A stretch of 64,000 nucleotides of DNA from Heptranchias perlo (taxonomy: Eukaryota), in NCBI RefSeq assembly GCF_035084215.1, contig NC_090340.1, positions 15,066,001 through 15,130,000 on the forward strand, in the 5' to 3' direction. Below, one piece after another: positions 1-13,222 of this stretch. Position numbers and translations under genes: made by a program. The notes below the pieces were generated by a model. That model saw nothing but the letters and a program-made list of their open reading frames with translations, was not told where the DNA came from and searched no databases. Numbering within the stretch: the stretch's first letter is position 1; each line of letters begins with the position of its first letter.

Positions 1-775
1 TTCCTTCCCTTCCAATCTGCTCATAAGATACCAACCTTCGCTTCCTGTCAAATTTGAGTTCACATTACTATGTGGCGAGTGTTTACATCCCCGACGTGAT
101 TTCCTTCTCTACCATCATTCCCGTATCTCCTCCTCCTCCAAAGCCGCCTAGCTCTATTGTGTCTTGAAGTTCAAACTGATCGTCAAGTGCACCCATATCA
201 TGGTATGCGACACGCCTGTATCAACAAGCAATATCTGTCCCTGACTTTCATGGGTGGTGCTGCGCTATTTATTCTTCCACACTGGGGTAGCGGTGGGGGG
301 AGGTGTGGGGGAGAGAGAAAAAGTGCTGGGGAAGGGTAGGATCCAAATGATCTAAGCGTTTCTTCAAGAATTCTACCTCCAGTCTCAGAGTGTTTATCTC
401 AGATTTCAATCTTTCCTCCAGCTCCTATATTTTCATTTGACAGTGGGTGTGATCGCCCACTCCTGATACACTGCACTGGTGGTCCAGGTTTTGATTTGGA
501 ATTCCTCGTGGGGAACTACTTAACTCATCTACCTTTTTTTATCACATTTTATCCTGATTTTCCTGTAATTGTAGTTCGACATTCAATGCTACTAATTTTC
601 TGGATCTACTTGCAATTTCGGTTTGAAGGTAATCTACCGATGCAGTCAATATCGTGTTGCAAGCAGTTGTATGAGCTAATTGATTTTTGAGCTCTAAATT
701 TCGATCCATCAAATTTTTGTTGGGGTCTCCTTCGGTTTCTACTTGTTTCTTAAGTTTTATAATTTGCTGTCGCTG
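1..775 (-). mobile_element. LTR retroelement/ERV internal fragment: gag-like coiled-coil and Pro-rich stretch, then aspartic protease
   Basis: Minus-strand translation QILLVDTGVSHTMI (DTG at 214-222), IELGGFGGGG flap, GIL*ADW. Degenerate. Confidence 0.65.
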
Positions 776-1019
776 ACATAGGGATCAAGGGACATGGGGA
801 AAAAGTGTGAACAGGTTACTGAGTTAGGCGATCAGCCATGATCATTTTGAATGATCATGGCTGAAGGGCTGAATGGACTACTTTTGCTCCTATTTTCTAT
901 GTTTCTATAACACAACTCTAGCTTTCCAACTTCGCTTTTCACATGCTGTTCGTGGGTATGATCTTAACCAAATCTCTTACCTGTTCTAGGTTTCCTGCTT
1001 TTTCTATCACGAAAATCAT

Positions 1020-3025
1020 TGACAGAGCGTCAGCAGCAGCAGAGCTTATCAGGAGACCCAGAGCGGCAGATTCAAACAGAGTGCGAGGGCAGCAGCAGCA
1101 GAGCCTATCAGGTGACCCAAAGCGGCAGAGGGGGAAAAACAGAGGGGAAGATTCAAAAAGTGATTTTATGGTGAGCATAGAGTGAGGCATGGTGGAGCCA
1201 AGGAATTAGAGCTAATTGTTTAAGTTATAATTTATCTTAAGTATTACGAGCATAATATCCTATAGCGCAGAGTGTAAGTCAGTGTAAGTATTTATTTTAT
1301 TGATAAATGTTTTTTGTGGATATTGTGTTTAGCGGTTAGTGGTTTTTTGCTGATTGCTTGGTGCCTACTAGTGGTTAGTGTTTTAGTGTCAGATAAACGG
1401 TAAATTGCCTTAAAGCTAAACAAACAGTTCAAATAACTGTTAGCTAACATGGTAGGACAGCTGGGGCCAGCCGCATACACATCCTGTGCCATGTGGGAAC
1501 TCCAGGACACTGTGTGTGTCCTGGAAAGCCACATGTGTAGGAAGGGCCACCAACTGCTCAGGCTCGAGCTCAGAGTGTTTGCGCTTGAGGGGCGCTGGCA
1601 TCACTACAGTGTATACGGGAATCTGAGAGTTTCATGCATAGCACGTTTCAGGAGGTGGTCACTCCCACAGCTACAGAGAGATCAGGCAGAGACGGAGTGG
1701 GTGACGAGCAGACAGACTAGGAGGAACAGGCAATCAGTGCAGGAGTTCCCTGGGAGTGTCGTATTCAGTGTTGAATAACAGTGAGGCTGTTGACATCTCG
1801 GGGGAGTGCAGTCAGTAGTAAATCCACGCGCCATGAGAGACTCAGCTGCACAGTGGGGGCAAAGAAATGCAGTCTTACCTCGGTGGTGGGCAAACTATTA
1901 GAATCAATACTGAGAGATAGGATAAACTGTCATTTGGAAAGGCATGGTTTAATCAGGGATAGTCAGCATGGATTTGTTCAGGGAAGGTCATGCCTTACAA
2001 ATCTGATTGAATTCTTTGAGGAAGTGACAAGGAGGATTGATGAGGGTTTTAGTAAGGCCTTTGACAAGGTCCCACATGGCAGACTGGCCAGAAAGGTAAA
2101 ACCCCATGGGATAAAGGGAAATGTGGCGAATTGGATCCAAAATTGGCTCAGTAACAGGAAAAAAAAGTTAAAAGTCGATGGATGTCTTTGTGAATGGAAA
2201 TCCGTTTCCAGTGGTGTGCCACAGGGCTCACTGTTGGGTCCCTTGCTGTTCGTGGTATCGATTAATGATTTCGACTTGAACGAAGGGGGCACGATTGGCA
2301 AATTTGCAGACGACACAAAAATTGGCCGTGTGGTTGAAAGTGAAGAGGATAGCTGTAGACTCCAAGAAGATATCAATAGTATGGTGGAGTGGGCGGAAAA
2401 GTGGCAAATGAAGTTCAACCCAGAGAAGTGTGAGGTCATGCACTTCGGGAGGGCAAACAGTAAAAGGAAATACGCAGTAAACGGGAATATATTGAGAGGG
2501 GTGGAGGAAGTGAGAGGCCTCGAGTGCATGTGCACAGGTCCCCGAAGGTGGCAGTACAGGTAGATAAGGTTGTGAAGAAGGCATACGGAATGCTCTCCAT
2601 TATTAGCTGAGGAATAGAATATAAAAGCAAGGATGTAATGATGGAACTGTATAAAACACTGGTAAGGCCACAACTGGAGTATTGTGTGCAGTTCTGGTCA
2701 TCACATTACAGGAAGGACGTAATTGCTCTGGAGAGAGTGCAGAGAAGATTTACAAGAATGTTGGCAGGGCTTGAAAATTGCAGCTACGAGGAGAGATTGG
2801 ATTGGCTGGGGTAGTTTTCCTTGGAGCAGAGGAGGCTGAGGGGTGACTTGATTGAGGTGTACAAAATTATGAGGGGCCCAGCCCAGATAGAATAGACAGG
2901 AAGTACCTGTTTCCCCTAGTGGAGAGTTCAAGAACTAGAGGACGTAGATATAAGGTGGTTGGCGGAAGGATTAGTGGGGATATGAGAAAAACATTTTTAC
3001 CCAGAGGGTGGTCGGTGTATGGAAA
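1020..3025 (+). mobile_element. CR1 LINE fragments: 5'UTR/ORF1 zinc-finger-like start and ORF2 RT
   Basis: SCAMWEL...CRK; SQHGF..GRSCLTNLIEFFEEVT; SGVPQGS; FADDTK. Frameshifts and stops. Confidence 0.9.
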
Positions 3026-3029
3026 CATA

Positions 3030-4200
3030 GAAACATAGAAGCATAGTAACTAGGAGCAAGTATAGGCCATTCGGCCCTTTGGTCCTGCTCCGCCATTCAA
3101 AATGATCATGGCTGATCGTCTAACTCAGTATCCTGTTCCCGCTTTTTCCCCATATCCCTTGATCCCATTAGCATTAAGAAATATATCTATCTCCTTCCTG
3201 AATACATCTAATAACTTGGCCTCCACTGCGTTCTGTGGTAGAGAATTCCACAGGTTCACCACCCTCTGAGTGAAGAAATTTCTCCTCATCTCGGTTCTAA
3301 ATGGCATACCCCGTATCTTGAGACAGTGACCCCTGATTCTGGACTCCCCAGCCATCGGGAACATCCTCCCTGCATCTAGTCTGTTTAGTCCTGTTTGAAT
3401 TTTATATGTTTCGATAAAATCACCTCTCATACCCAATCTCTTCTCATACGTCAGTCCTGCCATCCCAGGAATCAGTCTGGTAAACCTTCGTTGCATTCCC
3501 TCCATGGCAAGGACATCCTTCCTCAGATAAGGAGGCCAAAACTGCACACAATACTCCAGATGTGGTCTCACCAAGGCCCTGTATAACTGCAGTAAGGCAT
3601 CTCTGCTCCTGTACTCAAACCCTCTTGCAATGAAGGCCAACATACCAATCCCATTTCCTAAATGCTTGCTGAACCTGAATGCTCGCTTTCAGCGACTAGT
3701 GCACAATGACACCCAGGTCTCGTTACACCTCCCCTTTTCCTAATCTATCACCATTCAGATAACAATCTGACTTTCTGTTTTTGCAACCAAAATGGATAAC
3801 CTCACATTTATCCACGATAGACAGCATCTGCCATGTTCTTGCCCACTCACCCAACTTGTGTAAATCATATTGGAGCCTCTTTACATCCTCCTCACAGCTC
3901 ACATTCCACCCCAGCTTTGTGTCGTCTGCAAACTTGGGAATGTTACATTTAGTTCCCTCATCCAAATCATTGAAATATTTTGTGAATAGCAGGGGCCGAG
4001 GCACTGATCCCTGCGGTTCCCCACTAGTCACTGCCTGCCAGCCGGAAGAAGACCCGTTTATTCCTATTCTCTGTTTCCTGTCTGTCAACCAATTCTCAAT
4101 CCGTGCCAGTATATTCCGTCCAATCCCATTTGCTTTCATTTTGCACACTAAACTCTTGTTTGGGACATTATCAAAAGCCTTCTGAAAATCCAATACATCA
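3030..4200 (-). mobile_element. CR1 LINE ORF2 3' part and tail
   Basis: DFQKAFD, FADDTK, LVRPHLEYCVQFW; (catagaaa)n tail. Confidence 0.9.
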
Positions 4201-4409
4201 CATCCGCTGCCCGAATTGGTGGTCGAGGCAGGGACCCTCAACGTTTTTAAAATTACCTGGACCTGCACCTAAAGTGCTGTAAACTGCAGGGCTATGGACC
4301 GGATGCTGGAATGTTGGATTAGAATGGGCACCTGGTTGTTCTTCGAGCCGGCGCGGACAGGTTGGGCCGAATGGCCCGCTTCTCTGCTGTATGGTTCTAT
4401 TCGTTGGTT

Positions 4410-7400
4410 CTATTAAACGGGATTCGATAATCGGGGGATAGACAGGCATTTCTGCAACCGCCGACGTGAGTCCTGCATGGTGTGTTGCCTCCCTGGTGCC
4501 AGGGTAAAGGACGCCACTGAGAGGGTGCAGAACATTTTGAGGGGGAAAGGGAACAGTCAGAAGTTGTGGTCCATGTGGGAACCAATGATATAGGAAGGAA
4601 AAGGGTTGAGGTCCTGCAGTCACAGTTTCTGAGCTTAAGGGGCGGGTGGCATCATTACAGTGCATACGGAAAGCTGAGCGTTTCATGGATAGCACGTTTC
4701 AGGAGGTGGTCACTCAGCAGCTACAGACACTTCAGGCCGATAGGGAGTGCGCGACTCATGTCGGCACGTGCAAGGGAGCAAGTTGAAAAGTAGGACCTCA
4801 AACGTACTAATCTCTGGATTACGCCCAGTGCCACTCGCTAGTGATTATATCAATAGTAGGATAAGACAGGTTAATCTGTGGCTGGAGCATTGGTGCAGGG
4901 GGGACGACTTCAGATTCCTGTGACATTGGGGCCATTTATGGGGCAGGAGGGATCTGTTCAAGACGGACGTGTTGCACCTCAATAGAGTTGTGACCAATGT
5001 CCTCGCGGGGAGGTTAACTAGTGATACAGGAAGGGTTTACACTAATTTGGATGGGTATGGGCAGCAGAAGGAAATATTAGAGGTGATAAACAAGGTCCAC
5101 AGAGGACTGGGAGCGACTAGTAGCACTAGAGTAAAGAGTAGTTCAGAAATTGGAGAGACCAGACAGGGGGCAAATGCAAGGCAGTCCAAGATGAGATTGG
5201 AGTGCTTGTGCATGAATGCACATAGTGTGGTAAATAAGTTTGGTGAGCTACATCAAGTTGGAACATTCAAATGGAACTATGATACACTGGCATAACAGTC
5301 CTGGCTCAAAGAAGGGGACGATTGGGTATTTAATATTCCTGGCAACAAGGTATTCGGGAAATATAGGGAAGGAAAGAAAGGAGGAGGCGTCAGTATTAAT
5401 CAATGTAAGTATTATAGCACTGGAAAGGGATGATGCAGCTTTGGTGTCAAAGACAGAATCTGTTTGGTTATTAGTAAGGAACAATAGATGAACTATTTCC
5501 CTACTGGGTGCATGCTATAGGCCACCAAATAGTTGGAAGGAGGTCGAGGAGGAAATATGCAGGCAAATCACTGCAAGATGCAAGAGCTATAGAGTAGTGA
5601 TAATGGGGGTCTTCAATGGGCAAAGAACGAATGAATTTCCTGAAATGTATTCAGGAGAACTTTCTGGAAGAGTGTGTTTCCAGCCCAGCCAAGAAGGAAT
5701 CAGTGCTGAATCCAAATCTGGGGAATGAAGTGGGGTAGTTGCAGCATTCGGTGGGGGGAGCATTTGGGGAATAGAGATCATAATATCATTCGGTTTAGAA
5801 TAGTTATGGAAAAGGGCAAGGAACAATCAAATGTGAAAATGGATAACTGGAGGAGGGCAATTTTCAGTGAGTTACAGGGGGATCTTACCCTGGTGGATTG
5901 GAATCAAAAATTGCTCGGCAAAGCAGTAATTGAACAATGGAAGGCTTCCACAGAGGAGTTGGTTCGGGTACGAAGTAGACACATCCCTACGAGGGGGAAA
6001 GGAAGACCATCCAAAGCCAGAGCTCCCTGGATGACTAAAGATATAGAGAGTAGAATGAAACAGAAAAAGGAGGCCTTATGAAAATATAAGGTTTATAATA
6101 CAGTAGAGAGTCAGGCTGAATACAGAAATTATAGCGAGGACCTAAAAACAGGGACTAAGAGGGGCAAGGAGAAAGAGTGTGACAATAGATCAGCGGCTGA
6201 CATAAAACATAAAAGAGACCCCAAAAGTAAAAGGGGAGTCAAAGGAAACGTGGGACCGATTAGGGACAAAAAGGAGCTGTATTTGTGGAGGCAGAGGGCA
6301 TGGCTTAGGCACTAAATGAATAATTCGCATCTGCCTTCACTAGTGAATAGGATGCTTCCATTGTAGCAGAAAAGGAGGAGGTAGTAGCAATATTGGATCA
6401 GATAAAAATAGATAAAGAGGAGGCACTTAAAAGATTGACGGTGGAAAAGTAGAAAAGTCACCCGGTCCAGATGGGATACATTCTAGATTACTGAGGGAAG
6501 CAAGGGTGGAAATTGCGGAGGCTCTGGCCACAATCTTTTAATCCTCCTCAGATATGGGGATGGTGCTGAAGGGCTGGAGGATTGCAAATGTTACAACCCT
6601 GGTCCAAGAAAGGAAGAGGGATAAACCCGACATTTACAGGTCAGTCAGCCTAAAGTCGTCGGTGCAAAAGCTTTTAGAGACAATAATCCGGGACAAAATT
6701 AATTGGCACTTGGTAAATTATGGACTAATAAATAAAAGTCTGCACAGATTTGTTAATGGAAAATCGTGCTTAACTAACTTGATTGAGTTCTTTGATGAAG
6801 TAACGGAGAGGGCTGATGAGCGTAGTGCAGTTGATGTTTTGCATGTGGACTTTCAAAAAGCACTTGATAAAGTACCAAATAAAAGACTTGTTAGCAAAAT
6901 TAAAGCCCATGGGATTAAAGAGACAGTGGCAGCGTGGATACGAAATTGGCTAAGGGACAAGAAGCAGAAAGCAGCGTTGAACTGTTGCTTTTCAGACTGG
7001 ACGGAAGTATACAGTGGTGTTCCCAAGGGATCAGCATTAGGACCACTGCTCTTTCTGATATATATTAATGATCTGGACTTGGGTATAGAGGGCATAATTT
7101 CAAAGTTTGCAGATGATATTAAACTCAGAAATATAGTAAACAATGTGAAGGATAGCAAAAGACTTCAGCGGGAGAAGTGTGAAATAATGCATTTTGGCAG
7201 GAAGAATGAGGAGAGGCAAAATAAAATAAATAGTATAATTTTAAAGGAGGTGCAGGAACACAAAGACCAGGGGGTGCACATACACAAATCTTTGAAGGTG
7301 GCAGGACAAGTTGAGAAGGCTGTTAAAAAAGCATATGGGATCCTGCGCTTTATCAAAGAGGCAAAGAGTATAAAAGGATAGAAATTATGCTAGAACTTAT

Positions 7401-7555
7401 TGAAACACTGGTTAGGCCGCAGCTGGAATATTGTGTTCAATTCCGGGCAACATACTTTAGGAAGGATCTCAAGGCCTTAGAGAAGGTGCAGTAGAGATTT
7501 AGTAGAATGGTGCCCGGGACGAGGGACTTCAGTAATGTGGAGAGACTGGAGAAGC
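4410..7555 (+). mobile_element. CR1 LINE: ORF1 SGNH-esterase and degenerate ORF2 (APE and RT)
   Basis: CCLPGA, VHVGTND, CMNAHSVVNK, APWMTKDI, KSCLTNLIEFFDEV, FADD. Confidence 0.9.
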
Positions 7556-8269
7556 ATAACTCCTTACACACTAATTCACACTCACCATTACTCAAAACAA
7601 CTTCAAACAGATTAATTTTCATATGTGATAGACTCATGTCCGAAATTTGAGAGGCTCACATTTTTTATAAGAATTTTACAGTGGCCACACTAAAAGTCTG
7701 GCTTCCCTAACTTGATAGGCTAGTTAAGCTCAACAACCTCAATTTTAATTCAGCAATATCAAAATTAAACAAGACAGAACAGATTAAATTATCAATATAG
7801 CACATGCTTATTAAAACCCAACAAATTACTTCATCTTTCGTTTTGTCCTTCTTTAGCTGAGAAAATACAGGAGATAACTGCTTTAGCAGCTATACAATAT
7901 CTGTCTTACATTACACAGAAGAGGAAAATACATAACATGCATTAAAAAGGGTCCATTGCCGACAACAGCGAAAAGAAAGCACTCACAATGAGGACACGCT
8001 TTTTAAAGAGACAGCACACTGAAAAGAAAAGAACACATTCTGTACCTTGTGATCCTCTCTTCCTTTCTCCTTCTTGATTGCATCATAGAATCTTATTCTG
8101 TACTGACTCAAAGCGGGTTGAATTCGATAACTCCAGGAATTCAAGGCACACATGAATGTTACGATTCATACTGCTTGTTCATTTACTAGATTTTGACCAG
8201 CAGCCAGGCCGAACTGCACTGTTGAATGGCTTCTCCCCAGCAAGAAGGCGGCGGTGGTTGGGGGGGGGG

Positions 8270-9745
8270 GGGTATGCTCAGGTATTGCGTAAGTGGCTCG
8301 CACCTCTTAAAGGCAGCCTGCAACTCTTAAAGGCAGCCCACACCTCTTACGTGCAAATTATAACATACGGGTTCACACAGAGTCTGAATAGAGTTCAGAT
8401 GTCGCACATATAAAACACAGATGCAGGTCCCGCCCCTATCTTTACAAACTGTTAAGTTATGTTAAAACATTGAATAAAGGTTGTGCACTACTAATTCCCA
8501 CATCCTCCAATCAGTACGCCAGACCTCATCAATCTGCCAATCTGAGTTTGTACCAGGCCTGCGAGAAAGCATGCACAAGGTTCTCTGCCGCTGCACTACA
8601 AGCCTTGGTGCAAGAGGTGAACAGAAGGAGCGACATCCAATATCCATAGGGGAACGAGAGACCCTCCAGACATATGCTCAAGAGGCAGTAGGGGACAAAG
8701 TCAATGCCAGGCGCATAGCACCATGAACATGAATGCAGTGCAGGAGAAAGTTCAGTGCTTTGACACGAGTGGTTCGGGTGAGTGAGGTCAACTCTAATGT
8801 CTAGCTACTCCGACCAAATGCACCACTAGCCGCATCCACTGCTCCACGCACTACACACCTCATCACCCACATGCCAACATTTTATTTCGATTACAACTCA
8901 ACTCTTCCAATCAGATGCTTCCTCTCATCCTCACACATTACCATGTTGCAAGCCGCACACCCACAACTCACAGGTCACACACACTAGCAGCTATTCTACC
9001 ATGACAGGCACATCACCCAAATATCCTGCAGGACACTCACTGACACAGGTCCCGCTTTCTTCAAGGAGAAGGTAGCACATAACAGGAGGCAGCAAGAGGC
9101 AGTGGCATTTAGTCCCTTGAGCCTGTTCGACCATTCAATGAGATTATGGTTGATCAGTGACTTAACTCCATATACCCGCCTTAGCCCGATATCCTGTAAT
9201 ACCTTTGGTTAACAAAAATCTATCAATCACAGATTGAAAATTAACTATTGAGCTAGCATCAATTGCCGTTTGCAGAAGAGCGTTCCAAACTTCTAGCACC
9301 CTTTGCATGTAGAAGCGTTTCCTGACATCACTCCTGCAAATCCAGTCTCTAATTTTTAGGCAATATCCCAAGATCTAGTATTGAAGCATAGACGACCGCC
9401 AAAAACAGGTACAAATGCAACAGCAGCCAGAAGCAATAATCCAGCAACTGTAAATCCGCATGGTCCCTTTAAATAGTACAGGTGCGGGGTCCTCCAGGCC
9501 ATCTACGATCAGTTCAGATGTGCTTGGTTAAGACAACGCCGTTAGCTGGAGGGGTGAGTTCCAAAATCGTATCTGTCCCTTTAAATCAGCGTTGCACACT
9601 GATCAAATGCATATTCTCCTTACTTTACATGGTACCGGCGTTCGTTATCTGTGCATGCTTAAACACCTTTACCAAGATGGTGACTGGTGCACGTCACGCT
9701 AGAAGCAAGCGTGCTTATTCTGGATACCATTCTGGAATCTTAGGG
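8270..9745 (+). mobile_element. PIF/Harbinger DNA transposon remnant with Myb/SANT-like ORF, interrupted by a CR1 tail at about 9100-9370
   Basis: RFSAAALQALVQEVNRRSDI..EAVGDKVNARRIAP..QCRRKFSALTRVVR, then gtgagt intron and EKVAHNRRQQ exon at 9066. This is the MSANTD/NAIF1-type pattern. Confidence 0.7.
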
Positions 9746-9749
9746 ATAT

Positions 9750-10945
9750 AGATTCATAGAAAATTCATGGCACTGAAGGAGGCCATTCGGCCCATCGAGT
9801 CCGTTCCAGCTGAAAATGAACCTACCAGCCTAATCCCAGCTTCCAGCGCATAGTCCGTAGCCTTGTAGGTTATGACACTTCAAGTGCATATCCAAGTAGT
9901 TTTTAAATGTGATGAGGGTTCCTGCCTTTCCACCCTTTCAGGCAGTGAGTTCGAGACCCCCACCACCCTCTGGATGTTTTTTTGTACCTTAGCTCCCCTC
10001 CAACTTTCTACAAATCACTTTAAATCTATGCCCCCTGGTTATTAACCTCTCTGCTAAGGGAAATAGGTCCTTCCTATCCGCTCTATCTAAGCCCTTCATA
10101 ATTTGGTACACCTCAATTAAATCACCCCTCGGCCTCTGCTGTTCCAATGAAAACAATCCTAGCCTATCTAATCTTTCCTCATAACTAAAATTCTCCAGTC
10201 CTGGCAACATCCTCGTAAATCTCCTCTGTACCCTCTCTACTGCAATTACATCCATCCTGTAATGTGGTGACCAGAAGTGTATGCAGTACTCAAGCTGTGG
10301 CTTAACTAGTGTTTTAGATATCCTGTATGCCTTTATATCCGCCTTATCTACCTGTCCTGCTACTTCCAGGGATCTGTGGACATGCATAATGTCTGCATTG
10401 TCCCTCTCTTTTGGGACGACAGACCAAAGTGTTCATTAAAAACCATCCCAACATCTTCTGCCTCCACACGTAGGTTATCTTTTTGGTCTCCAATAGGCAC
10501 TGCTATTTCCTTAATTATCCTTTTGCTCTTAATTTATTTAGAAAACATCTTTGGGCCTTCCTTGATTTTACTTGCCAATATTTTTTCATGCTCTCTCTTC
10601 TCTTTCCTAATTTCCTTTTTAATTTCACCCCTGCACTTTCTATACTGCTCTGTGTTTCCTGTAGTATTGAGCTCTCGGTGTCTGACATAAGCTTATCTTA
10701 CCCTGTATGCTCATTGACATCCAGGGGTTCTAGATTTGGCAGTCCCACCCTGTTCTTTGTGGGAACATGTTTACTCTGAACCCCTTTGAAGTTCCCCCTG
10801 GGATGCCTCCCACTGCTTTGATATTGATTTAAATTCAAGCAGCTGAATCCAGTCCATTTATGCGAAATCACTTCTCAGCTTACTAAAATGGGCCTTTCCT
10901 CAATTGAGAACTTTAACTCCTGTTCTATCTTTGTCCTTTTACTTA
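9750..10945 (-). mobile_element. CR1 LINE fragments
   Basis: LVKPQLEYCIHFWSPHY, LGLFSLEQ. Confidence 0.85.
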
Positions 10946-10949
10946 ACTA

Positions 10950-12500
10950 TTCGGCCGAATTTATAGCCCAAAGTCTCAACCTCATAGTTTGTGTCCTCAC
11001 CGAAGCCTGGTGTGGTGTAGGTCCCTCCATCTTTCTTCTTGTTCTTTTTTCTACCTCATCTTTCAACAGCCCCTTCCGAATTTCAACTTCCTCTCTCATT
11101 CTCCCTAACTCTGTGGCTGAAACAACAAGACTCCCGCTTTCCAATCCTCCTCTTTAATTAACATCTCCTTTACCAGTTTCTTCAGCTTAGAATCTACCTC
11201 ACACAAAGTCTGACCTGTTCCTATTTTAACTCCTGGTCCTACTGCACAATTTCTTTCCTCTTCTCTCAAGGGCATGCATGGCCCTAATTTTGACTTCTCC
11301 ACGTCCGTGTGGATTGTCAAGCATAAACCATCCGGTGCACTCACCATGGTTGAATCTCTGATGGGCTTGAGGCATGGCTACCTCACTCAATCACAACCAC
11401 TTCCTACCCGTCTCGTCGGAATTCAATCAATTCATTTAACACTAGCTATTTCAAACCATTGTAACTCGGGCCCACGCAGGGACACCAATTGTTAGCGGAT
11501 TTCTCCCATTGCTGTCGCAACTATGGGTTGTTAATTCTTCAACAATACCTTCCCCTTGATTCTAGCCCGAGTGGTTATAAAGTAGTAAGTTTAATAGATT
11601 GACTTTCAACAGAGTTGCATTACAGCTGTCTTCAACATTTCATTCAAAAGTATTAATATTATAATACAACTGTCTACACATTATATTAATGAAAAACATT
11701 CAATGCAACCTGACATTTCCGTGAATCTAGGTAAATCAGACCTAACCTTCATGGACTGCCTGTGGTGAATGACTTCCGAGCATCCCCTCTTGAGAACTCT
11801 AATTTTTGGGAGGGAGCACGCCCTGTATTTACTATTCGGCTGCGTTGTTCTGCACGTACGCACCTCTGCCGTTATCTCCTGTTTGTAAACCATCCTACTT
11901 TGCTGACTCTGTCATAAACCCCAATGATGGTTTGTACTATGTTATCGTGGCTACCTTATCCCTTATCTCTGCTGCATAAACAGTCTATTCCATGTCAGCC
12001 TTGAACATGGCTTCTGCAATGTCTACTCTTATGCAGCCTTTCACTGTTATCAAGTCTTGGGATGTGGTTTCTTAGCAAACACTTCTCTTGTTTTGGTGTA
12101 AACCACCTTATGACTTTATAGCACGCAGAAACAGGCTATCTCTTGATCTTTGGGTGTTTATAGTTCTGAAGTTTCAGCATGCTCTTTCTCTTACAAACTG
12201 TCTTTCACATACACACTGAGACACGACTTGCGCCTCCCCTCCCCCCACCTCCTATTAACACCCATCCTCTTGCTAAGATGCTGAGGAGCTTTATGCGAGC
12301 AATGCGAGATGGGATATTGACCATGCTTGGCCTTAAACCATATTCTTGCACCCATCTACCGACTCGGCCAGCAGCCGAGAAGACGATCTCCGAAATCCGT
12401 GCTGCACTAAGATCCGAACCTAGCCCTTGGCAGGCAATGTGTTGTACCTGTGTGCATTCGTAACTATTTCGAAATAGCACAGTGGTGCCCAAGAATATCT
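10950..12500 (-). mobile_element. 5' LTR (3' end at 11490, about 1 kb) plus PBS and leader of an LTR retroelement/ERV
   Basis: Minus strand ...GCTAACA AT TGGTGTCCCTGCGTGGGC. ATTAAA lies about 100 nt upstream of the LTR end. The outer LTR boundary is uncertain. Confidence 0.6.
11470..11487 (-). promoter_or_regulatory. Primer-binding site complementary to tRNA-Asn
   Basis: TGGTGTCCCTGCGTGGGC matches TGGCGTCCCTGGGTGGGC (complement of vertebrate tRNA-Asn 3' end) at 16/18. It lies 2 nt after a CA. Confidence 0.7.
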
Positions 12501-12953
12501 GTAGATACAGAACCCCACTTCAAAGCTGATAACTTAACTACTGATCACAGAAAATTCAGTTTTCTTCTTGCCTTCATCACGCTTTCATCACTATGAATGT
12601 GCTAATGGCACATGAATGTGCGCTGTAATATACAGTATGAACTACAACTCTGATATAACTGATGTATCTATAAACTTAAAGTGTAAAGCAACACCTGGAA
12701 ATTACAAAATCGAGGTAACAAAGAAATCGATAGATAGTACTGGATGTTGAACTCCTCACGGCAAATTCCTCCATTCGGTATTTTTAGTGAAATCATTAGA
12801 AGCAAAATAATGTTGTTTCTAAAGATAAAATATTTGTTTTCTCTGAAGTCCCACCTGTCCCGCTGACATTGCTTCTCAGACGGTTTATTTGTACTTCCTC
12901 CATCAGCCTGACATGAGAGTGTAGCTCTTTATTTTTTATTTCCTTAAATATAG

Positions 12954-13222
12954 GTCAGTGAAGCGGAATCGAGCGCTTCCTTGTTCGGCTTTACCTGGGT
13001 TTACTGGTAATTCTGGTGCTGACCGGTATTATTGTGGAACATGCAAAATCAACTTCAGTTAAATGTAAGATAGTGGTTTGTTAATTCAGAAAATCACCAT
13101 CATAATATTGATTTATTTATTTTTCCAATGTTCTCCTCTCCTCGAAGTGTTGATTTTTCCTGGCTACAGATCTCCGGACCTGGGCCAGAAAGCCATTGTT
13201 CATCTGTGACCCGAGACAGTGA
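12954..13222 (+). pseudogene. 3' end of a third immune-receptor gene: TM exon 12954-13064 (GQ*SGIERFLVRLYLGLLVILVLTGIIVEHAKSTSVK) and short tail exon 13170-13222 (YLRTWARKPLFICDPRQ*)
   Basis: Polypyrimidine tract plus tatag acceptor, gtaaga donor, 111 nt in phase 1-1. TM pattern LxR...hydrophobic...E as in LILRA/FcaRI/GPVI/NKp46. In-frame TGA at 12959-12961. No ectodomain exons found in the window. Confidence 0.62.

Noticed and set aside
1030-1130. Two-copy repeat gcagcagcagagc.tatcagg.gaccca.agcggcaga
   Set aside because: Part of a CR1 5'UTR; not a CRISPR-like or independent array.
1978-2673. Long antisense ORFs over LINE RT regions (e.g. 231 aa here, also 3781-4185 and 6853-7158)
   Set aside because: Shadow ORFs of CR1 ORF2.
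7829-8098. Apparent minus-strand micro-exons (IRFYDAIKKEKGREDHK, LKKDKTKDE) with good splice sites
   Set aside because: One implied intron is only 27 nt and the phases do not join. The region is better explained as LTR-element internal sequence.
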